Shown in pieces: positions 9,207 to 17,726 of a stretch of DNA of 64,000 nt. Below the pieces are notes generated by a model, which saw only the letters and a program-made list of their open reading frames with translations, was not told where the DNA came from and ran no database searches. Origin of the DNA: a virus. Each line of letters opens with the position of its first letter. Position 1 is the first letter of the stretch. Location: IMG/VR virus record IMGVR_UViG_3300005841_000032, positions 1-64,000 of that record; one strand, written 5' to 3'. A program made the translations under genes and the position numbers.

Positions 9207-9659
9207 TTAGTCCAAATGAGCCACCCCTTCTACTTTGCTGAACTTAATCCCCGGCACCTGATAGAGGTACAATTGGAGCCTTTTAGCGGTCATTAAAGGA
9301 TATTTCTCTTTTACCCGCTCAATAATATGGTCAAAGGTAATAGTCTTTGTTCCGTGGCCCTTAGATTGCTCAAAATAGCCTTTAAGGAAGTCAAATATGC
9401 CTATGTTGACCCTTTGGTGTTTTTTTAAACGAGGGCGGGTTATCGGGTTGACTTTAACCATTTCCCTTCTTTCTTCACCATTTACGACCTCTTCCTTACT
9501 TACCTCCATTTTCACGCCGTTGATCGTGTTACCCTTTACCTCATAGATTGCCTTTGTGAGATTCAAGGAATGACGGTCTCTTAAATACTCCCTCAGCACC
9601 TCAAAGAGTTCAAGACGATTCAATTCTGCGTTTCCTACTGTTTTCAATTCTGTTTTCAT
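9207..9659 (-). CDS. Hypothetical basic protein, possibly DNA-binding
   Basis: Start re-called to MKTELK at 9659; followed by terminator. Confidence 0.6.
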   Translation of the reverse strand: MKTELKTVGNAELNRLELFEVLREYLRDRHSLNLTKAIYEVKGNTINGVKMEVSKEEVVNGEERREMVKVNPITRPRLKKHQRVNIGIFDFLKGYFEQSKGHGTKTITFDHIIERVKEKYPLMTAKRLQLYLYQVPGIKFSKVEGVAHLD

Positions 9660-9729
9660 TTTTGTTTGTTTTTGTTTCCAGACTTTTAACAAACCTTATG
9701 CCATTACGCTAAACCCTCATAGGAATGCG

Positions 9730-9810
9730 AGAATTAATTTCTGTTAAACGATCTTTACTTGAGTGTGTGGAACTTAGGGTAAAAATTTGGACGCCTTAGA
9801 AATTAATTCT
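9730..9810. repeat. 13-bp perfect inverted repeat AGAATTAATTTCT / AGAAATTAATTCT
   Basis: Arms at 9730-9742 and 9798-9810 in a divergent intergenic region. Confidence 0.75.
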
Positions 9811-9838
9811 ACATTTATTACACACTAACCCTCATTTT

Positions 9839-9934
9839 ATGATTTATGTTTTATGGTCGGCAAAAAACATTACATTTCAGGTTGGCAAGGAAGTAGAAGT
9901 ATGGGATATGAAATTTGTAATGTTCAACAATTAA
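9839..9934 (+). CDS. Putative 31-aa peptide (or sRNA)
   Basis: MIYVLWSAKNITFQVGKEVEVWDMKFVMFNN between TTTG-N20-TACATTTA and a + strand terminator. Confidence 0.45.
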   Translation: MIYVLWSAKNITFQVGKEVEVWDMKFVMFNN

Positions 9935-9936
9935 TT

Positions 9937-9963
9937 GAGAGGGCTTCGGCCCTTTCTTTTTTA
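9937..9963 (+). terminator. Intrinsic terminator, + strand
   Basis: GAGAGGGC-TTCG-GCCCTTTC then T6. Confidence 0.85.
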
Positions 9964-10024
9964 TATGCTTTTGCTTTCAATATAACTACACTGTTGCCTT
10001 TTATATCTTATAACGTATAAAAAG

Positions 10025-10408
10025 CTATATAACTCTTCTGGATACAAGGAAAGAGCAAAGAGAATCGCAATCCAGATTCCAAACGTAACTATTTTCCAGC
10101 CTTATTGTTTTAACTCCTATTGATTTCAAGTAAATCTCTTTTCGGCTATCCTGTTCTTTTTGCTTTTTCTTGTTGTGAGACTTTCCATCTAGTTCAATAG
10201 TCGTATTTGATTCATGGAAATAGAAATCAGAAATAAAGAATGCTTCGTCTTTGTACCACCCTTTCTGAAAATTCATTTTGAATTTAAATCTATATTTCTT
10301 TTTCAATTGACTTATTAGTTTCTTAAACTGTTTTTCTGTAGCTGTAATATTCTGTCTTAGTTCTTTTTCATATTGCTTGCCTACTTCTAACTTTTTTCTA
10401 TTGATCAT
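10025..10408 (-). CDS. DUF559 / Vsr-like endonuclease
   Basis: LRQNIT.TE, FQ, ISDFY, IELDG.SH, D..K..YL...G...IR..N. Confidence 0.85.
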   Translation of the reverse strand: MINRKKLEVGKQYEKELRQNITATEKQFKKLISQLKKKYRFKFKMNFQKGWYKDEAFFISDFYFHESNTTIELDGKSHNKKKQKEQDSRKEIYLKSIGVKTIRLENSYVWNLDCDSLCSFLVSRRVI

Positions 10409-10504
10409 TATTATATTAGAATCTTATTTTAGTTATTAAAGATACCTATAAGATTATTTAAGTATTTAGTAGTGTATTTCCTTGTGTTATATAATTAGTG
10501 AATT

Positions 10505-10740
10505 GGGTAAAGCACGCCCCGTACTAAGTCTTTCAACATAGGGACGTTGCTATTTGTTGGTTAATTATAGAACCCTACTTGTCGAACGTATTAACCCGTC
10601 CGTCTACTCTTGCCTGTTCGGTTCCTTTCTAAGCACCACGGCTTTGCTTTAAGTAGATGCACCACAGTAACAAATTGTTTTATACTAGCAATAATCGCTG
10701 CTGTACGGCTGCGTCCTACGACCAATTAAAGCTAGTTATT
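10505..10740 (-). ncRNA. Candidate structured ncRNA (~230 nt)
   Basis: No ORF, raised GC, nested stems (ACTAGC/GCTAGT; ATTTGTT/AACAAAT; GCAACGTCCC/GGGGCGTGC with GTT-GAAA-GAC tetraloop). Confidence 0.5.
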
Positions 10741-10741
10741 C

Positions 10742-10872
10742 AAAAAAAAGAAAAACCTCATCGGTTCCCGCTTTTTTTGAAAGATTGCTTAGGTCTTTTT
10801 TAGAAAGTTAGAAAGGAAAGAAACCGAATGAGGTTAATATTTTCAAAACTAACTGCTAAAATACCTAAGCAA
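10742..10872 (-). ncRNA. Candidate c4/CI-like antisense or attenuator RNA (~130 nt)
   Basis: Promoter motif 10876-10883; closing stem 10822-10835/10754-10766 plus U tract; loop CCTAAGCAA complementary to the 5' TTGCTTAGG. Confidence 0.55.
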
Positions 10873-11014
10873 ACGTAAAAATACAACTTATTAATTTATC
10901 TTTTTCAAAATAGTTGTATTTAAATTAAATGAATTTGAGATTTAATGTTTAAGGCGACTTTGATTTGACCTTAGTCGAACATGCCTGAGTGTTAAATCTT
11001 TTAATTGTGAAAGT

Positions 11015-11563
11015 TTATTTGATTCCTATGATCTTTTTAATTGCTTTATCTATCTGTTCGACTGTCAAACCATACATCCACTCACCTCTAACTCTGAATT
11101 TATCAAGGTAACGATGTACCGCATGTTCCTCTTGAATGGAGCCGACAAATTTCTTTAAAAGCTTAATTGTAGGCTTCTGCGCTTGGAGCGTGTATTCGCG
11201 ATGGGAAGGTGATTTGCTAAAACCCACTTTATAGTAACCGGGAAGTGAAGCGTCTTCCATTATATAAATAAATCCTTGTTTACTTTTTATATCTCCATTT
11301 AATCCAATTGGTATATATCGTAGGATTCTTTTATTTTCTTCATTATATACTTGTTCAATGTAAATAAGCTTTAAAAGTTTATTCAGTAGAGTAGGCAGAG
11401 AGGCAATGTTTATATTTAGAGCCTTAGCAATTTGCGAGTCGGTCTCAATGAAGTTGCCAGACTCATCGATATTTTGCTGTATGTAACAAAGCAAAAGAGC
11501 TTCGATAATCGTAAGCTCTTTATAATATTCTGATAAAGGCGTTTGGATTTTAATTTCCATCAA
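11015..11563 (-). CDS. HTH + T5orf172/GIY-YIG-like domain protein
   Basis: N-terminal wHTH (QIAKALNI); GFIYIM..YKVGFS..P..R..LQ, E..VH..L..FRVRGEW. Confidence 0.8.
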   Translation of the reverse strand: MMEIKIQTPLSEYYKELTIIEALLLCYIQQNIDESGNFIETDSQIAKALNINIASLPTLLNKLLKLIYIEQVYNEENKRILRYIPIGLNGDIKSKQGFIYIMEDASLPGYYKVGFSKSPSHREYTLQAQKPTIKLLKKFVGSIQEEHAVHRYLDKFRVRGEWMYGLTVEQIDKAIKKIIGIK

Positions 11564-11793
11564 TAATGCTCTTTTCTATTTAAGCGGTGTTCTGTAAGTC
11601 TATTATTAATTTTTTCTAATCTAATAAGCAAATCTTCTATTTTTTTAGGAACTTCTTCGCCGACATAAAATATAGTTGAATAATTATCTAATTGAAGATA
11701 AATTTCTTTATTTGCATTTGCTGTTCTTAATGCTGTATTTTCCGCAATTAAATCTTGATATTCTTTAAGCGGCATCGTAATAGTTTTTTCCAT
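11560..11793 (-). CDS. Hypothetical phage protein
   Basis: 77 aa, coupled. Confidence 0.55.
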   Translation of the reverse strand: MEKTITMPLKEYQDLIAENTALRTANANKEIYLQLDNYSTIFYVGEEVPKKIEDLLIRLEKINNRLTEHRLNRKEHY

Positions 11794-11807
11794 TTTTATC
11801 TTATTTT

Positions 11808-11891
11808 TTAATCTTCGTAAATTTTTTTGACTAGTAAATAGCCAAAAGCAAAACTAATAATCAGTACAAATATGATCACTAAATTAAACAT
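11808..11891 (-). CDS. Small membrane peptide (27 aa)
   Basis: Own translation MFNLVIIFVLIISFAFGYLLVKKIYED; TAATG coupling. Confidence 0.4.
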   Translation of the reverse strand: MFNLVIIFVLIISFAFGYLLVKKIYED

Positions 11892-12187
11892 TATACCTTA
11901 TAAAAATAATCTTTAAACGTATGCTGCTTAAATCCTTCTATTTCAATAGGCGCCCAAATAAGAATGTTGGAGGATTTGCTGCATGTTAATTTACCTTCCT
12001 TAACAAGAGATTTAAGAAGCAATCTGGTTTTATTGCAAGTAAGACCTAAATGTTCAGCTATGCGAGGCGTTCCCATCCACTTCCAATAGTATTCATCTTT
12101 ATTACCCGTAATCTTTTCATAATGTTTTACGCGAAATAAAAAATCGCGTTTCATGAATGCGATTGCTTCTTCTTTCAGTTCTTTCAT
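11891..12187 (-). CDS. Winged-helix protein
   Basis: RIAEHLGLT...TR..L..LVKEGKL. Confidence 0.6.
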   Translation of the reverse strand: MKELKEEAIAFMKRDFLFRVKHYEKITGNKDEYYWKWMGTPRIAEHLGLTCNKTRLLLKSLVKEGKLTCSKSSNILIWAPIEIEGFKQHTFKDYFYKV

Positions 12188-12567
12188 TATCGCATCTTTT
12201 CGTGGTCCTTAAATTTTGTTCCCTTATACTTTCTTTCAAAGTATGGCTTCATTTGTGGGTCAGGGTGATTAGGCAATATTTCATTTTTGAAATGATGCTT
12301 GGAGCGGATGCCTAGCTTCTTTTGCTTATCTTTCAAGAGAATTTTTTCAGGAACAAAAGTGCCACCAAGAACCCCCATTAATTCGGGAACTCCCTGTTTA
12401 GGTGCAATAAATTTAACAGATGATGAACATTTGGGGCAAGTAAGTTTTTTATTTCCTTTCTCTTTATACTCGTTTTCAGGAGATTTTATAACAGTAGTAA
12501 ATTCAGCAACGTAAAATTTGAACTTACATGCATTACATTGAAAGTTTTTAGGTTTCTTCATAGGCAA
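12187..12567 (-). CDS. Zinc-ribbon (FmdB-like) protein
   Basis: FQCNAC...CPKCSS. Confidence 0.6.
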   Translation of the reverse strand: MPMKKPKNFQCNACKFKFYVAEFTTVIKSPENEYKEKGNKKLTCPKCSSSVKFIAPKQGVPELMGVLGGTFVPEKILLKDKQKKLGIRSKHHFKNEILPNHPDPQMKPYFERKYKGTKFKDHEKMR

Positions 12568-13130
12568 ATATCTAATTTTTTTATTTCTTCTGATAAAGAC
12601 TCATAGTCTGATTTTAAGTATACAGAAGAAATAGATTTCATAAATTCTTCATCGTATTCATCAGCGGTTACTAACATGCCGTAAACTTTAATATCAAACC
12701 ATTTTAGTTGATCTGTAATTTGTTTTACGCCTTGTTTGTAATCAGGTTGACCATCAGATACAATAATAATGATTTTACGAAATCCGGGTCTGCCGTTATT
12801 TACTAATTCATTAACGGCCAATTGTAAGCCGTCAACCATATTAGTTGAACCAGAAGAGTGATAAATATTAGAAATGGCAACTTGTAAAGATTTCTTGTCA
12901 TTTGAAAGAGGTGAATCTAAAACGGCATTAGTGGCAAATGTGACTACTCCTATCTTTACAGTCTCTTCGCTTAATTTGACTTTGTTTAATAATGATAGAA
13001 AAGACTTCTTCATGTATTCCTCATGCCCATTAACTGAAGCAGAAAAGTCCCCCACAATTAAAATATCAATTTGTAAACAGGGATTTTCAGGAGTGATAAG
13101 GATACAAAGAAGAAATAATAAGACTTTCAT
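12558..13130 (-). CDS. vWA domain protein
   Basis: MIDAS DFSAS, GSTN, IIVSDG; hydrophobic N-terminus. Confidence 0.85.
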   Translation of the reverse strand: MKVLLFLLCILITPENPCLQIDILIVGDFSASVNGHEEYMKKSFLSLLNKVKLSEETVKIGVVTFATNAVLDSPLSNDKKSLQVAISNIYHSSGSTNMVDGLQLAVNELVNNGRPGFRKIIIIVSDGQPDYKQGVKQITDQLKWFDIKVYGMLVTADEYDEEFMKSISSVYLKSDYESLSEEIKKLDICL

Positions 13131-13996
13131 AAATATTCTCTTAATTGATCAATATTTTTTAATGCCTTTAATCTTTTTAAAACGCGCGGCTTGAATTTGG
13201 CCACATCCTTACTTTTCATTTTTAATTTTCCAGCTATATTGTCTGTTTGTTGATGATCTTCACCATTTAACCCAAACATAAAAATGAAAATGTCATATTC
13301 GCGTTGACTTAATTGATACAGGAACTTATTCAGATCGAAAGCTAGTGAGCCCTCGATATCCTCTGCATCTATTCCTAATTCATTGTTGCTTAATACATCT
13401 TCAAGGGTATCTTCATTATCATGTTCCTTGCTACTTCCTATGCCGTCTTGCAATGATGGATTATAACCGGCGTGAAGAACGGCTTCAATAATATCATCTT
13501 CATTTAAATCTTGATATCGTTCACATATATCATCTACATTTGGATACCGTTGTAATTTTTGTTCAAGTTCTGAAATGATCTTTTTAATTTTTGTAACAAG
13601 GGCTTCGCGGTTAGCAGGTAATTGAATGGTACGAACATTATAGTCAAATGATGAAATGATGCGTTTTCGAATCCACCATACAGCATATGAAAAGAATTTC
13701 CATTCCTTTCTAACATCAAATCTATAAGCAGCTTCTATGAGACCATCATTGCCTTCGCTGATAAGATCAAGTAATGGAACACCACCGCCTTGATATTTCT
13801 TAGCAACTGATATAACGAATTTGACATTGGCTTTGACTAATTTATCAAGTGAGGAAACATCATTTGTTTTTTGAATCTTGGCAATGAGTATCTTTTCGTC
13901 CGCTTTACTCAGTGGCTCATAATCTCTTATTTCATTAAAGAAACGATTTAGATTATCGTTATAGACGTCAGCCGTTATTTTTCGGGATATTTTCAT
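13127..13996 (-). CDS. RNA polymerase sigma-70 family factor (RpoD-like)
   Basis: LVKANVKFVISVAKKY, DLISEGN.GL..AA.RFD, KFFSYAVWWIR, region 4 LSQRE...FGL. Confidence 0.93.
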   Translation of the reverse strand: MKISRKITADVYNDNLNRFFNEIRDYEPLSKADEKILIAKIQKTNDVSSLDKLVKANVKFVISVAKKYQGGGVPLLDLISEGNDGLIEAAYRFDVRKEWKFFSYAVWWIRKRIISSFDYNVRTIQLPANREALVTKIKKIISELEQKLQRYPNVDDICERYQDLNEDDIIEAVLHAGYNPSLQDGIGSSKEHDNEDTLEDVLSNNELGIDAEDIEGSLAFDLNKFLYQLSQREYDIFIFMFGLNGEDHQQTDNIAGKLKMKSKDVAKFKPRVLKRLKALKNIDQLREYL

Positions 13997-14427
13997 ACTC
14001 CTTTTTTATAAACTTTAGCTTTCAAATAAACCGTTGTTTCGGGAGTATAATAGCCTTGCGCGTTTACATTTTGTTTCCATATTTCAATACATCCATTATT
14101 CAACATTTCTTTTGCCATTTTTTGTACACGTCTTTCAACTTCCCATTTCACATGAGAACCGTTTTTATCAACTAATACACTTCTTTCATTTTCATTGATA
14201 TATTGTCCAATACTCCACTTACCACCCCAAATATCAGCTTCATCAACGTAACGGAATGAATCAACGTAGTCAATAGCATGATAAGTCTCGTGAACTACAA
14301 ATGGAGGATTTTGGTAAGCAAAGAAATTAGCGATCATATTATGATTTGCCATAAACTTAATAGTATAAGCAATAAATACAATAGTGGCAATTATCACTGC
14401 GAGGAATAGGTAAATGAAATAGATCAT
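13993..14427 (-). CDS. Membrane-anchored hypothetical protein
   Basis: N-terminal TM helix. Confidence 0.55.
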   Translation of the reverse strand: MIYFIYLFLAVIIATIVFIAYTIKFMANHNMIANFFAYQNPPFVVHETYHAIDYVDSFRYVDEADIWGGKWSIGQYINENERSVLVDKNGSHVKWEVERRVQKMAKEMLNNGCIEIWKQNVNAQGYYTPETTVYLKAKVYKKGV

Positions 14428-14431
14428 AAAT

Positions 14432-14965
14432 TTAATAGTTACGTCTGCAAAATTCTGCCATTAAACAAGCGTCTACAATTCCGTCACTAGGAACTTTTGA
14501 TCTTTCGGTAGCAAGAAAAGTTTCTTTAGGGAATAACCTTTTTGCGGCTATCAATGACGTTGCTTTGGTATCCACTTTATATTTTGGTGAACCGTCTTTA
14601 TTTGTTTTTCCTTTAACTGGAATTTCAATAGGACGTATTCCCTCCCACATCTGTTTTTGCCAACGTTTAGGAATAACCTTTGTAAAAGGTAATTCGAGTA
14701 CTTGTAGCATTCCGATAATTAAACCATTATTTACTCCGAAGGCAAAGTTTGATTTTGCGGAACTACCAAAAACGCTATGGAGGTCTTCTATGACAACATG
14801 TAATCCTTCATATTTTTCTATTGATTCTACAATTATATCAGATAGAGCTTTCATATCTGCTTCCGTTTCATTATATGGGATTTTTCCATACTTATAAATG
14901 AATTTATCGTGCATAATACAATATGCACCGTCGGAACCTATGTCTATTGCTATACTTATTTTCAT
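14432..14965 (-). CDS. RuvC-like Holliday junction resolvase
   Basis: IAIDIG..G, VVIE, P..WQK, DG.VDA.L.A. Confidence 0.85.
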   Translation of the reverse strand: MKISIAIDIGSDGAYCIMHDKFIYKYGKIPYNETEADMKALSDIIVESIEKYEGLHVVIEDLHSVFGSSAKSNFAFGVNNGLIIGMLQVLELPFTKVIPKRWQKQMWEGIRPIEIPVKGKTNKDGSPKYKVDTKATSLIAAKRLFPKETFLATERSKVPSDGIVDACLMAEFCRRNY

Positions 14966-14971
14966 GTATGC

Positions 14972-15202
14972 TTATTCGGAAATTTCACCAACTTCTTTTA
15001 ATTCTTTATAATATAATTCACGCTCTTCAACAATTTTAATCACCGCATATCCGACATGAATAGCATCTTCAATACTTAGATTCGGATTTTCTCTCAATTC
15101 CTTCATGGCTGTATAAATTACCTCTACTTCCAACTGATACTTTTTACTTCCACGTAAGCAAAGTAGAATTGCGTTCATGTCGTTTTCCCTTTGATCTTCC
15201 AT
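14972..15202 (-). CDS. Hypothetical phage protein
   Basis: Start re-called to MEDQ at 15202. Confidence 0.55.
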   Translation of the reverse strand: MEDQRENDMNAILLCLRGSKKYQLEVEVIYTAMKELRENPNLSIEDAIHVGYAVIKIVEERELYYKELKEVGEISE

Positions 15203-15212
15203 AATGTTTGTT

Positions 15213-15764
15213 TTAAAGTAAACCCAACATTTTATTTGTACGAGCAAATTTACCAAAATATTTTAAGGCAGCTTTGTCATACGCGATAGCGCCCAACATT
15301 GGATCATCAAAACTACCTATTAACGGACGATACTTCGTGCCATTTTTTAATGTTGTCATAATTCTAGCTTCCCACTTTTTTGAATGTTTGTTCCAACTAA
15401 CCCCTTTAAATCCAGATGTATTATGACTCATTAATTTACTATTTTGACCATTCTCAGAAACCGTACACATTCTTAAGTTTTGCTTCCTGTTGTCTAAAGT
15501 TATTCCATTCTTATGGTCTATTATAACTTTATCATTTAAATCTAAATTTAATAAAAATCTATGTAAACTTATCTTCTTTTTCCTATTCCACTTATCTGTA
15601 AACTGTGAAGCTCTACCCTCTACATAAATTAAATCTTTGGTTTTAGTCGTAAACCAAGTACACGCATTCATTACTTTATCATAATCTTCTTTATCAATTA
15701 TCGTTGAATAATTTCCGTTAATTACGACAATTTTATCATTTTTAGATAAGTTTGGAAATACCAT
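15213..15764 (-). CDS. HNH-AP2 homing endonuclease
   Basis: LHR, IDHKNG.TLDNRKQNLR; SGFKGVSW...W.A.I...A.AYD.AA...FG.FA..N. Confidence 0.9.
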   Translation of the reverse strand: MVFPNLSKNDKIVVINGNYSTIIDKEDYDKVMNACTWFTTKTKDLIYVEGRASQFTDKWNRKKKISLHRFLLNLDLNDKVIIDHKNGITLDNRKQNLRMCTVSENGQNSKLMSHNTSGFKGVSWNKHSKKWEARIMTTLKNGTKYRPLIGSFDDPMLGAIAYDKAALKYFGKFARTNKMLGLL

Positions 15765-17604
15765 TATTTTTTTCTATATGTATTAAATTATCAAAATTAA
15801 TATCTGCTCCAGAATGCGTTACTAACAAAATTGTTTTATCCAAATCATTAAGGGCATTAGCAACACTTTGAACCCCAATTGAATCAATAGCATTTAAAAG
15901 TTCATCTGAGACATATAAATTCAAACCACCATATTTACTTGAATTATTTATTAATTGCTGAAATGCTAAGTCACAACAAATATTTAATCTAGCTACTTCA
16001 CCAGCGGAAAATCTATAAATGTTTTGGGGGTTTAAGCCATTTCTATAAATAATAGGTTCCAAAGCCTGTTTAATTTCTCCGCTCTTTAATTTCTTAAATC
16101 CTTCTATCTCTAAGTTTAAGTCAGAGCCGGTATATTCGAGATACTGATTTACTAGTCCTGTGATTATTTGCAGTGGCTTATTGCCAAGATAGAATTTGAA
16201 GTCAGAGAAATAATTGACCCATTTAGACTTAAGTTCTAATTGCTTATCTAAATCTTCTCTCTTTTCTTGTAGTCCATGTAGTTCTTTCTGTTTAATAGAT
16301 ATTCGTCTATTAATATCTTTAGTCGTATCGCTGAAAGAGTTCCCCTCAATGAACTTTCTCCGTAATTCGAGTCCGTCGATTTCTTTGACGTATCGTTGCT
16401 GTTGTTGTTCAAGTGATTTAATTGTTCGGGCGATTGCATCTAATTCGGATTGAATGGTTTTATTTTCTCTTTCTTGTTTATATATTTCATCCAAAAGAAC
16501 ATCTATTTCTTTGCACTGTTCTTTTTTATTCTTAATGACTACCTGAATTTCTGCCAGTTGCTTTTCGTACTTTTTTAAATCCTGTTCCGTGTATGCTTCC
16601 TTGCTTCTCAAATGAAATTTATGACTGCATTCGGGGCAAGTAATTAAACCGGCAAGATGATTTTTTATGTGCTGAATTGATTTTCCCAATTCTGTTTCTT
16701 CGTCTTGTTCGCTTGTTGTGTCGAATTGTTCTGAAAGTTCTTCCAGTTCTTTTTTAGTAGCAAGGTCAATTTCATGAAGTTTGAATTTCTTTAGCTTCTT
16801 TTTATTGGCCCCTATTTCTTCCTCCGATTGTAAAATTTTATCCCCATAATCTGAAATTTCTAGATTTACTTTCTCAATTTTTACAGCCTTTTCGTTTTCA
16901 AATTCCTGTTCAGCATTATCATTGAACGAAGATTCGAGAGCAAGAATAAACCCCTCTGTTTCTGAAATGTTTTTTATGCAAATCTGAATATCGTCTTTAA
17001 CTTTGTTAATGTCCAGTTCGAGATTCTCAATTACCTTATCAACTATCGTTGTATTAGTGAACCTGCCAATTACTTCCAATTTCCTATCGGTGTTTACTTT
17101 CAAGAAAGGCTGATAGTATTTACCTGAAATCAAATAGTAGTTTAATAGGTCGTCTGCTTTAATATCTAATATCTCTTTCAAAATATAAGCATCACCAGCT
17201 TTAACGTCTACTCCGTTTTCAACGCCTCTTTTTGTTGGTAGTGTTTTAGGAACTATTCCATTAACAAGTATGCTTAACTCACTAGACGTTTTGTTGCTAT
17301 AAATTTTACGGGATATATCGCAAGTTAAATCGTGCTCTTTATTCAATAGACGAATGCCTACGGTTAAATATCCATCTTCACAAAACCAGCTTACTAAGTC
17401 TTTTGAACTACTTCCAGTAAGCGAATATCCTAATAGAGCAACGGGGATAATATCCATGAATGAAGTTTTGCCGCCCCCGTTGCTCTTTTGACCGCTGTTA
17501 TCGTTGTTCAATGCAGATATGACGAAGCATTTGGAGTCAAAAAAATATTTGACTTCTGCGAATGACACAAAGTTATTAGCTGATATGGAATGTATGCGCC
17601 ACAT
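15742..17604 (-). CDS. SbcC/Rad50/gp46-like ATPase
   Basis: NGGGKTS, coiled coil with CPEC hook, FSAGE, DE..D, VTH. Confidence 0.9.
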   Translation of the reverse strand: MWRIHSISANNFVSFAEVKYFFDSKCFVISALNNDNSGQKSNGGGKTSFMDIIPVALLGYSLTGSSSKDLVSWFCEDGYLTVGIRLLNKEHDLTCDISRKIYSNKTSSELSILVNGIVPKTLPTKRGVENGVDVKAGDAYILKEILDIKADDLLNYYLISGKYYQPFLKVNTDRKLEVIGRFTNTTIVDKVIENLELDINKVKDDIQICIKNISETEGFILALESSFNDNAEQEFENEKAVKIEKVNLEISDYGDKILQSEEEIGANKKKLKKFKLHEIDLATKKELEELSEQFDTTSEQDEETELGKSIQHIKNHLAGLITCPECSHKFHLRSKEAYTEQDLKKYEKQLAEIQVVIKNKKEQCKEIDVLLDEIYKQERENKTIQSELDAIARTIKSLEQQQQRYVKEIDGLELRRKFIEGNSFSDTTKDINRRISIKQKELHGLQEKREDLDKQLELKSKWVNYFSDFKFYLGNKPLQIITGLVNQYLEYTGSDLNLEIEGFKKLKSGEIKQALEPIIYRNGLNPQNIYRFSAGEVARLNICCDLAFQQLINNSSKYGGLNLYVSDELLNAIDSIGVQSVANALNDLDKTILLVTHSGADINFDNLIHIEKNNGISKLI

Positions 17605-17726
17605 TAGATAAAAAATATACTTATTAAAGCAATAATAAAAACAAGTTTAACTATGAAGCTTGCAATTTTGACTGTTCGCATTACGTCTTCTATATAAGAA
17701 TCGTTTAAGTCGTCTTGATCGAACAT
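17604..17726 (-). CDS. Small membrane peptide (40 aa)
   Basis: Own translation MFDQDDLNDSYIEDVMRTVKIASFIVKLVFIIALISIFFI; abuts both neighbours. Confidence 0.5.
   Translation of the reverse strand: MFDQDDLNDSYIEDVMRTVKIASFIVKLVFIIALISIFFI

Noticed and set aside
10690-10715. Group II intron domain V (AGCCGTA) or group I intron core
   Set aside because: No complementary GTACGGT arm, no P7 elements, and no interrupted gene
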